A DNA stretch of 35,053 bases from positions 1 through 35,053 of the IMG/VR virus record IMGVR_UViG_3300037195_000566; one strand, 5' to 3'. Positions 8,738-15,679 of the stretch are shown piece by piece (the stretch's first letter is position 1; each line of letters begins with the position of its first letter). The stretch comes from a virus (Duplodnaviria; Caudoviricetes). Below the pieces are notes generated by a model that had not been told where the DNA came from, made no database searches, and was given only the letters and a program-made list of their open reading frames with translations. Position numbers and translations under genes: made by a program.

Positions 8738-9008
8738 TTAGTTTATTCTCCATATCAATTATTTTATCATATATATCGTCATAATTGCTCTTAGCAATAT
8801 TTCTAATTACTTCTGTTAAGTTTTTTAGATTTTCTAATCTTTCATTTTTATATTCGGCATTATCAGTAAAATGTTGTGCATACCAATCCGTTTTTAAAAT
8901 CTTTTTAAATGCTCTACGAATATGTTCATCACACATATCTGAAACAGGAATCCATTTACCTTTTGAATTGCTAAAATATTGTGTTTCAAAGTTTGTTGGT
9001 TTATCCAT
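8727..9008 (-). CDS. Hypothetical protein
   Basis: ORF track; SD AAGGAG. Confidence 0.6.
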   Translation of the reverse strand: MDKPTNFETQYFSNSKGKWIPVSDMCDEHIRRAFKKILKTDWYAQHFTDNAEYKNERLENLKNLTEVIRNIAKSNYDDIYDKIIDMENKLNGY

Positions 9009-9192
9009 TTTTAATCTCCTTTAATTGTTTAATATCTAAATTCTCACAAAGATATTCTAATGGTTTAAACCTAACACCTTTTTTAAATTCAAATGCTCTT
9101 TCAGTACCATCTTTATTTTCTAATATCTCTCCAGTTTCGGTATTAATTAAATAAAATTGAATATCTAATACACACGCATGATAGTTATCCAT
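9001..9192 (-). CDS. Hypothetical protein
   Basis: ORF track; overlaps both neighbours. Confidence 0.55.
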   Translation of the reverse strand: MDNYHACVLDIQFYLINTETGEILENKDGTERAFEFKKGVRFKPLEYLCENLDIKQLKEIKNG

Positions 9193-10153
9193 ATAGTTCT
9201 CCCCAATAATCAGATCTCATCATTTCTGCGACTTGTTTTTCTCGTTTTCTTGATACGTTGTGAACTGCTCCTCTAGTGATTGGGTTGGTTGCCCAGTCAG
9301 TAGCTGTTTGGTAAATCGCAAAAACTGTAAAACCGTATTTGTTACAATACTGATTCCATAAGTGATCCAAATGCTTAAGGACAAGCATACTGTTGTCATC
9401 AATATCAAGCTTTGTTTTGCGGCTTGCCAAAGTTTTCCTAAATAAGTGAGTTGTTGCTGCATTAGTAACCTTTCTTTGCATCATTTTAAATAGATCTTCA
9501 CCTAATTCCTTATGAGCTGTAACACCCATTTTAAAATCATTCATAGTGAAAGATATATCTCGTTTATCGTTATGTTTATTATAGACAACAAATGTCCAAT
9601 CAGGTCTTACCATTCCATTTAAACAAACTACATAAACAGAAGACCACATGATTTGTTGGCCCCATCTACCATCCATAGATGAATAGATTCTTAATTGTGG
9701 TATGATTTTTTCTTCAGTACCCTTGATATGAAATCCACCATCTTTATAGTTGTTTAAATCAATAGCATCATCCCAAAAATTAATTGTACGGATAAACTTT
9801 CTACCACCTTCAAGAACTTGATCTTTAGGTGTAATAGTAAATCTTTCGTAATCAGGTACAGCTTCAACAATTACTTCGTTAACCTTTTCTGCTAACTCAG
9901 CATACGGTCTTACAATGTAATCATCTGTATGAATACCAAGTAATTTACCATTATCTTTTCTTACTAAAGCATATTTATTTACTGGTATATATTCTTTATT
10001 TTCATATATTTTACCAGCATACATATCTTCAATTAAATTCAAATATGTTAACTGTTTCTTCTCTACTTCAAAATACGCACTTTTATCTATTGTGAGTTTA
10101 TTATTCGTCATCTCTATGTTAGCTGCTAAATTCATAACACCTCTTTCTTTCAT
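9185..10153 (-). CDS. DUF932-family protein
   Basis: ALVRKDNGKLLGIHTDDY, S.DG, VC.NGM, H and C-terminal T.FA.YQ..T.W pattern. Start may be 10135 after AGAGGTG. Confidence 0.75.
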   Translation of the reverse strand: MKERGVMNLAANIEMTNNKLTIDKSAYFEVEKKQLTYLNLIEDMYAGKIYENKEYIPVNKYALVRKDNGKLLGIHTDDYIVRPYAELAEKVNEVIVEAVPDYERFTITPKDQVLEGGRKFIRTINFWDDAIDLNNYKDGGFHIKGTEEKIIPQLRIYSSMDGRWGQQIMWSSVYVVCLNGMVRPDWTFVVYNKHNDKRDISFTMNDFKMGVTAHKELGEDLFKMMQRKVTNAATTHLFRKTLASRKTKLDIDDNSMLVLKHLDHLWNQYCNKYGFTVFAIYQTATDWATNPITRGAVHNVSRKREKQVAEMMRSDYWGELYG

Positions 10154-10181
10154 ATCGAGTCAGCTCCCTCATTCGAGGGGG

Positions 10182-10397
10182 CTAACAATTTAATTTAAAT
10201 TGATTTCTTTCTTTTTCTAAAGCAAAATACCTTATATTTTCATGTCTAAAAGAATGATTAACTTTATCTAATAAAACTTGTAATTCTATTTTTCTACCTC
10301 TACGAGTTTCAAAATCATAAATCCAAATCCATTGACCTTTTTTCTGTCTAAAATATTTTAAAGATTCACTCATATTATTTATCTTCTTCAGATCCAT
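10182..10397 (-). CDS. Hypothetical protein
   Basis: ORF track. Confidence 0.55.
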   Translation of the reverse strand: MDLKKINNMSESLKYFRQKKGQWIWIYDFETRRGRKIELQVLLDKVNHSFRHENIRYFALEKERNQFKLNC

Positions 10398-10530
10398 TTT
10401 GTTTTTTTATTCTTTTTAAAGCAATCTGTATTCTGCTTAACTGTTGATTAATATGTACTTGAATATTTAATAAGGCAATTTGATATGCCATTAATTCATT
10501 TTCATTTGATTCTTTAATCTCTATATCCAT
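10375..10530 (-). CDS. 51-aa hypothetical protein (not in ORF track)
   Basis: MDIEIKESNENELMAYQIALL...GSEEDK*; fills the operon gap. Confidence 0.5.
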   Translation of the reverse strand: MDIEIKESNENELMAYQIALLNIQVHINQQLSRIQIALKRIKKQNGSEEDK

Positions 10531-10532
10531 AA

Positions 10533-10685
10533 TTAAAACCATTCGGCAGCATCAGCTACCTTCCATTCAATATTTCTTTTAAATTTATTACGCTTACCAT
10601 AAGAAAGTGCGTCTTCTTCTTGTAGCCACACTTCCGTTGTAAATAATTCCCATTTTCCGTTTCTTTTCCAAATAATACAGTACAT
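10533..10685 (-). CDS. 50-aa hypothetical protein (not in ORF track)
   Basis: MYCIIWKRNGKWELFTTEVW...AAEWF*; TAATG coupling. Confidence 0.55.
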   Translation of the reverse strand: MYCIIWKRNGKWELFTTEVWLQEEDALSYGKRNKFKRNIEWKVADAAEWF

Positions 10686-11008
10686 TACCAATCTCTTGAT
10701 ATTTTCTTCATGGCACCTGTTTCATTATTAATAAAATATAATAAATGCCAAACAGCTAAATCATAAGGTTTTCTAGCTGTCTTACAGAAATTAAAAGACT
10801 CTTGATCATTTTTTTTATTAATATAAAATGTTTCATGATCCAGACCTTTAATTGCCACCCCATTAAACATTATCTCATCTTTGTTTTCTGATTGATCAAT
10901 TATTATTCCTTCACCCATTTCTTTTAACCATTCATATTCATCTTTTACTCTTTTCCACTCATCATCAGTGAAAGCTCTTTTATTATACCAATAGTTTGTG
11001 TATCCCAT
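10685..11008 (-). CDS. Conserved phage hypothetical protein
   Basis: MGYTNYW ... I.FNG....HETF ... FNFCKTARKPYDLAV, a recurrent phage family pattern; SD GAGGAG. Confidence 0.75.
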   Translation of the reverse strand: MGYTNYWYNKRAFTDDEWKRVKDEYEWLKEMGEGIIIDQSENKDEIMFNGVAIKGLDHETFYINKKNDQESFNFCKTARKPYDLAVWHLLYFINNETGAMKKISRDW

Positions 11009-11010
11009 AA

Positions 11011-11253
11011 TTATTTCTCCTCTGGAAATGGCATTGGTATATCTAATACTGTAGTAGTAGGTTTAGTACCATCTAGTTTAAATTCATACCTAGCACTTTC
11101 GGCATCATCTAAATGCCATTCAACTTCTTCTTCAGTATATATTCCAATTTTATTTAATCCTTCAATAAATTCATGCTTGTTTATCTTACAAGCACCATAA
11201 TCATTTTGAAGTTTTTCTATTTGTTCTTTTAAACATTCACCTTGTTTGCTCAT
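11011..11253 (-). CDS. Acidic hypothetical protein
   Basis: ORF track; start taken at MSKQGE after GGAG. Confidence 0.6.
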   Translation of the reverse strand: MSKQGECLKEQIEKLQNDYGACKINKHEFIEGLNKIGIYTEEEVEWHLDDAESARYEFKLDGTKPTTTVLDIPMPFPEEK

Positions 11254-11322
11254 ATCATTCTCCACAAAAAAAAATAACAAGCTAATCCGCCAAGAATTAT
11301 AATTAATAAATCCATCAACATA

Positions 11323-11505
11323 TTATTCTCCTACATTAACATTAGGTTCTTTTCGTTTTAGTTCGTAAGGTATTTCAACTTTTTCAGGCATATGTTTTGC
11401 TACCGCATAACAAAGACCTAAAACTATTCTTATTGGAAACATGATTGCAATCCAAATCCATTTAGCTGCAACATTCATTAACCAATTTTGTATTGTTTTT
11501 AGCAT
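11323..11505 (-). CDS. Small membrane protein
   Basis: Hydrophobic core WIWIAIMFPIRIVLGLCYAVA; SD AAGGAG. Confidence 0.65.
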   Translation of the reverse strand: MLKTIQNWLMNVAAKWIWIAIMFPIRIVLGLCYAVAKHMPEKVEIPYELKRKEPNVNVGE

Positions 11506-11569
11506 TTCTTTCTCCTTTTTAAGTTACACTTATTGATTGTTATCATCACCGCACATTGTGAGTACATCA

Positions 11570-11998
11570 GGGTGAGTAAAATATGAGGTCTAGAATCTCC
11601 AACATATTAAACTCACCACTGATCCCAGACCCATCGGGGGCTAGCAGTTACTCAGATGCCCAATGGATCAGGGATCAGCCCTGTTCTGCCGTTATCTAGT
11701 ATCGGTAGCCTTGCAGAGTCTAAAACTAGAAATCCACTTGCAAGTTTAAATCACGACAACTGATCCCAGACCCATAAGCTAATCGTTTCTGCTCGTTACA
11801 CCCATAAACGACAATGGGCAAACTCATTACCCTATGGATCAGGGATCAGCCCTGGCGCGGTTCCAAGTATTTCTACCATCGCTACTTATCCAGATTCCTT
11901 TATCGCGCTGATCCCAAATCCAACAGGGATGCCATTCGGCAGCAACCCCAAGCGAGGGAGCCAACCAAAGTTGGCGACCGAGCTAGTGTTTTTGCCCC
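11570..11998 (-). ncRNA. Putative structured ncRNA array: repeated conserved stem with variable loops
   Basis: Identical ACTGATCCCAGACCCAT at 11618 and 11759; identical ATGGATCAGGGATCAGCCCTG at 11663 and 11834; degenerate third arm at 11908. G-U pairs favour the minus strand. Confidence 0.6.
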
Positions 11999-12006
11999 TT
12001 TGTTTT

Positions 12007-12023
12007 TTTAGAATAATTCTAAA
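12007..12023. promoter_or_regulatory. ICE-like (Irr-binding iron control element) palindrome
   Basis: TTTAGAA-TAA-TTCTAAA, an exact fit to the TTTAGAA-N3-TTCTAAA consensus. Confidence 0.55.
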
Positions 12024-12029
12024 CACGAT

Positions 12030-12067
12030 AAAAAAAGCCCCCATAGTAATAATTACTACGAGGGCTT
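12030..12067 (-). terminator. Rho-independent terminator
   Basis: Minus strand AAGCCCTCGTAGTAAT-T-ATTACTATGGGGGCTT followed by a T-run, just after the stop at 12079. Confidence 0.8.
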
Positions 12068-12078
12068 AATTTAATAAA

Positions 12079-12585
12079 CTAACCAACCAACTGTTCTTTT
12101 AGTTGATCTTTAAGGAATTGTTTTTGTGCCACATCTACTTTCTTATCTGATGTAGCATTATCTCTTTTAGGTTTAGGAACATAGTCCTTACCAAAAACTT
12201 TCTTATATTCTTTTGCTAAAGTATCTACAATTACTTCAGCTCTACGAATATTAAGCTTTTGGGCTTTGTTTCTAAACAATAAGCTCTCAAGCTTATTTGC
12301 AGAAATCTCAGTTCCTACATCTTCACTTGTAGCTTTCTTAGTTTCTGCAACAGTCTTATCAAATGATGCATTACACATTTCACAATGTCTATAAAAAGCA
12401 CCATAGATACTATCAAAATTCCATTCTGCGATTTTTGACCAATCTTTACACTCAATAAATGGTGTAATAAGACTGCTAATAGCTGTTTGAACCCCAGCTA
12501 TCATATTATTCTCAGATTCATCTAACACTATTTCCATGTTAGCTATTCTTGAATCTGGATCGTCTCTATAAGTTTCAGCACTCAT
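12079..12585 (-). CDS. Hypothetical early protein
   Basis: ORF track; SD AAGGAG. Confidence 0.75.
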   Translation of the reverse strand: MSAETYRDDPDSRIANMEIVLDESENNMIAGVQTAISSLITPFIECKDWSKIAEWNFDSIYGAFYRHCEMCNASFDKTVAETKKATSEDVGTEISANKLESLLFRNKAQKLNIRRAEVIVDTLAKEYKKVFGKDYVPKPKRDNATSDKKVDVAQKQFLKDQLKEQLVG

Positions 12586-12749
12586 ATTGCTCCTTCCATA
12601 TTATTTAATTCAGAGTCAATGTTAGCTAACTCACTAACATCACCCTTCTTAACAGCTTCATCTCTTTTCACTGCTAGTTCTTCAACTCTCTTGATATTTT
12701 TACTATCTTTTGCAATTAAATAGTAATCGAGTAGATCATTAATGTTCAT
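12582..12749 (-). CDS. 55-aa hypothetical protein (not in ORF track)
   Basis: MNINDLLDYYLIAKDSK...MEGAI*; SD AGGGGG; ATGA overlap with the next gene. Confidence 0.6.
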   Translation of the reverse strand: MNINDLLDYYLIAKDSKNIKRVEELAVKRDEAVKKGDVSELANIDSELNNMEGAI

Positions 12750-13026
12750 GAGTACCCCCTAAATCAATTTCACATTCCCATTCATCTTCTTCAGGAAACA
12801 TGTCTTGGAAACATTTATCACAGATACCACTCATCATCATTTCTCTTAAACCTTGAGAAATATAAGAAAAAGCATCTTGGATATATTTTCCTTGATTGAA
12901 TTGAAATAAATCAGAACCTTTAACTGAAACTTTATGCTCTGATTTACACTTAATACAATTCATATCAAAGTGATATTTATGAACTGGATCAAATGTTTCT
13001 TTACTCTTACATCTTAAAAAGTACAT
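12739..13026 (-). CDS. Zinc-ribbon phage protein (first leftward gene)
   Basis: CIKC ... IQDAF......RE...SGICDKCF; SD AAGGAG. Confidence 0.75.
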   Translation of the reverse strand: MYFLRCKSKETFDPVHKYHFDMNCIKCKSEHKVSVKGSDLFQFNQGKYIQDAFSYISQGLREMMMSGICDKCFQDMFPEEDEWECEIDLGGTHEH

Positions 13027-13062
13027 ACTTACTCCTTTAATTAACCCATATCATTTAACACT

Positions 13063-13781
13063 CATGGGATTAGTCGAGCAGTCATCACGAGGCAAAGCTC
13101 AATGATTACATGCGACACAGGAGTCCCTCTTAGGAAATTGTTTACAATTTTCCTTAGAGGTTGCACCTTTAGTGTGCGACTCTCGTGTCCTCGTTCACGA
13201 GCATGTTCATTGAGGCAAACTCGTGCATACAAGCGAGAACATCCCGTGTGTGTGGGGGCCCCATAGAGATAATGAGAAACACAATAATCGCCCCTATCAA
13301 GGAGGTGAATTGCCAAAGGCAAGAGGAACCGTAGGTTCCTGCGATTATGAGTATCGCAATGGTTAAAATCGTAGAGCTGTATAAAAGAGATCGACCCCAG
13401 GGAGATATCTTTTATTTCAAGCTACAGCTCACGATTATAAATCTCGTATGGGGTAACAGAGCGTTGCCTGTGGCAACTCCTTATTCAGATCTTAATGTTA
13501 TCGTTCCAAGGGAGATCGTTAAGAACCGTAGGTTCTTGACAGGTCTTGCCGAGGTCAGTGTTAAATAAAGCCCCCTGTGGGGGGCGTTTAATCTTGTTAA
13601 TTATTTAACATCTGACGAAAGCAAGACCAAGGGAGGTGAGAACCGTGGGCAACGCTAGTTTGCCCACTGTCGAGGAACCGTAGGTTCCTATCTTTCTACC
13701 CTTTGCACAAATCCGAAACGAATAAGTACTTTAAAATAAACGACCAGAGGGAGTGCACCACTTGTGGTTATTTTAAATACT
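13063..13781 (+). other. Large GC-rich structured non-coding element (candidate origin or large ncRNA)
   Basis: Many nested inverted repeats, three GAACC-GTA-GGTTC hairpins and five AGG(G)AG modules; lies between the divergent gene blocks. Confidence 0.65.
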
Positions 13782-13795
13782 TGATGAGTGCAGGA

Positions 13796-13830
13796 TGTGC
13801 GTTGACTAGGCAAATCTTGAGCTATAGTTA
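13796..13830 (+). promoter_or_regulatory. Promoter for terS with upstream TGTGCG motif
   Basis: TGTGCG-TTGACT-17 nt-TAGTTA. Confidence 0.6.
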
Positions 13831-13857
13831 ATGTTAGGGGCAGAATAGAATAACGTA

Positions 13858-14232
13858 ATGAAAGACGAACTAACAGATAAGCAACGAGCATTAGTGGATA
13901 CAATAGTAGCAACTGGATGTACCATTAAGGAAGCTTCTAAAAAGGCAGGATATTCAACGAATGGAAGTGAAGAAGCTGGACGTATAAGTGCTTCTCGTGC
14001 CCTACGTATTCCAAAGGTACAGACTTATATGCAAACACGTATTGCACAAACTCTGGGCCTTGGAGCAGTAAGTGCGAGTAGGAAACTTATCGACCTATCT
14101 AGTGGAGCTAGATCTGAATACGTTCAGCTCGAAGCTTCCAGAGATATACTCGATAGAGTAGGAATGAGAGCACCAGACAAGGTGGCTCACAACGTAACAG
14201 GCGACATTAAGGTTAATATCGACCTGACTTAA
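13858..14232 (+). CDS. terS: Terminase small subunit
   Basis: LTDKQRALV...IKEA.KKAGYS.......S..L..PKV..Y and ASRDILDRVG. Confidence 0.8.
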   Translation: MKDELTDKQRALVDTIVATGCTIKEASKKAGYSTNGSEEAGRISASRALRIPKVQTYMQTRIAQTLGLGAVSASRKLIDLSSGARSEYVQLEASRDILDRVGMRAPDKVAHNVTGDIKVNIDLT

Positions 14233-14403
14233 AAAGTGTCGGTACTACCGACTCTTTGTCCACACCGCTCGGTACGAGGGGTGGGGGCAAAAACACCCAT
14301 CGTTAGATGACTAGTGGAGTAACACACACAATAAGGGTTGTTTTTAGTTCGGTATCGCAGATCTCAAATAATTAGGATCTGCAAAAGGTTCGTTAATATA
14401 TTT

Positions 14404-14553
14404 ATGGCAAAGAAGAAAAATAATTTACTTGCGAAAGAAGTACACGAAAAGAAGTATAAGAAAACTTCTAGTAATAAGAGAAGACCTAAGAAGTCTTCAA
14501 TGAATAAGGGTAAGAAAAGAAGTTTCAAACCTTATAATAGGCAGGGGAAGTAA
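14404..14553 (+). CDS. Very basic small protein
   Basis: MAKKKNN...SSMNKGKKRSFKPYNRQGK; ATG start at 14404. Confidence 0.65.
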   Translation: MAKKKNNLLAKEVHEKKYKKTSSNKRRPKKSSMNKGKKRSFKPYNRQGK

Positions 14554-14594
14554 TGTGCGTTTTTTTAGATAGCATATATTGCTAGACATTAGTT

Positions 14595-14810
14595 ATGTCA
14601 GATAAATTAAAGAATGTTTGGAAACAAATTAAAAGTGCTGCAACAATACACATTATAGATAAAAGTGTTGTTCCTCAAGTTAAAGCAATTAACAAAGAAA
14701 TGAAAACTAGAGCTAATAAAGCACCTTGGTATAAAGAACCAACTTATCAAGATTTAACACTAGCTTACAAAGACGCAGCTAAAATTAATAAAAGTAAGAA
14801 AAAGAAATAA
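14595..14810 (+). CDS. Hypothetical protein, probably leaderless
   Basis: ORF track; no SD; ATG lies 36 nt after TGTGCG. Confidence 0.55.
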   Translation: MSDKLKNVWKQIKSAATIHIIDKSVVPQVKAINKEMKTRANKAPWYKEPTYQDLTLAYKDAAKINKSKKKK

Positions 14811-14878
14811 TCTTTAAGTGCGTTTTCATTTATAACCAATCATATAAATAAGATCCTTCAATCAACAACGGAGGATAA

Positions 14879-15028
14879 ATGTTTAACTTTAAATTAGAAA
14901 TTCCAACATACGCAGAATGGAAAGTTCAGTTTGAAAAGTTCTTAAAAGAACAACCTGAACAAGCTAAGAAATATCAAGAACAAATTCAAAAGTTTTGGCA
15001 AGATTTTTTTAAAGATCTTTGGAAGTAA
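14879..15028 (+). CDS. 49-aa helical protein (not in ORF track)
   Basis: Strong SD GGAGGA; MFNFKLEIPTYAEWK...FWQDFFKDLWK*. Confidence 0.7.
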   Translation: MFNFKLEIPTYAEWKVQFEKFLKEQPEQAKKYQEQIQKFWQDFFKDLWK

Positions 15029-15235
15029 ATGTATTACTTGGTAAAGATTTGGGATAATGAACAAGGCTTTATTTTAAAGAAAGAAATTCTATATCAAGCA
15101 GAAAACGATGTTAGTGCAATGCAAAAAGCAAGTGCTGCTACACCTGATGGCTGCAGATCGACTTACGAAACAATTGATAAAGAAAAGTATGAAAAAGAAA
15201 AGAGGGAAAGGGCAGAAGAAGAAGTTGCTGCCTAA
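15029..15235 (+). CDS. Hypothetical protein
   Basis: ORF track; abuts the previous stop. Confidence 0.6.
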   Translation: MYYLVKIWDNEQGFILKKEILYQAENDVSAMQKASAATPDGCRSTYETIDKEKYEKEKRERAEEEVAA

Positions 15236-15237
15236 AG

Positions 15238-15504
15238 ATGAAAAAAGCTGAAAAAATCCATATGGATAAGGTAGCTAGTCTTGGATGTTATATTTGTTTA
15301 AGACCAGCTTCCTTACACCATATTAGATATCCAGGTTTAGGCATGGGTAGAAAATCTTCAAACTTTGAAGTTATTCCTCTTTGCTATGATCATCATCAAG
15401 GTAAACACTCGATTCATTTAGATAAAAAAAATTTTGAAAAGAATTTTGGTTCGGAAAAAGAAATATTAAATAATATATTGGAGAGAGTAAATGAGCTTTC
15501 TTAG
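15238..15504 (+). CDS. Ref/DUF968-like HNH-fold zinc nuclease
   Basis: VASLGCYIC, HHIR, GMG.KS, VIPLC..HH.G...IH. Confidence 0.8.
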   Translation: MKKAEKIHMDKVASLGCYICLRPASLHHIRYPGLGMGRKSSNFEVIPLCYDHHQGKHSIHLDKKNFEKNFGSEKEILNNILERVNELS

Positions 15505-15679
15505 TAGTTTATCTTTAAAAGATAGAAGACGTTTAAGAACAATAGTTAAGAAAACTCATTTAAGTTATTACCCAACTCATATGATTACTGATTATGAAGC
15601 TGATAAATTAGTAGAAGCTCTTGGGGAAGAAACTATCTACAATATGCTTAAAGCTAATGTAGGTACTAATGTCGATTAA
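15491..15679 (+). CDS. Conserved small protein preceding terL
   Basis: ORF track; overlaps both neighbours. Confidence 0.65.
   Translation: MSFLSSLSLKDRRRLRTIVKKTHLSYYPTHMITDYEADKLVEALGEETIYNMLKANVGTNVD

Noticed and set aside
11618-11923. CRISPR array or TIGR/box C-D guide array
   Set aside because: Only 2-3 units, the arms are inverted pairs around loops of unequal length, and no Cas or Nop-domain protein is recognisable. CUGA occurs in the arms but without a clear box C partner.
11814-12011. 65-aa + strand ORF
   Set aside because: Antisense to the early operon, no SD, and it runs through the hairpin array.
13062-13568. ORFs 13062-13322 (-) and 13347-13568 (+)
   Set aside because: Atypical composition and no SD; better explained by the GC-rich folded element.
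13610-13622. Hammerhead ribozyme core (CTGACGAAA)
   Set aside because: CUGANGA and GAAA overlap with no stem II between them; the bases are explained by the GTCAG/CTGAC helix.
13700-13770. DnaA-box cluster as a classical oriC
   Set aside because: Only isolated imperfect matches (CTTTGCACA, TGTGGTTAT); no perfect TTATCCACA seen.
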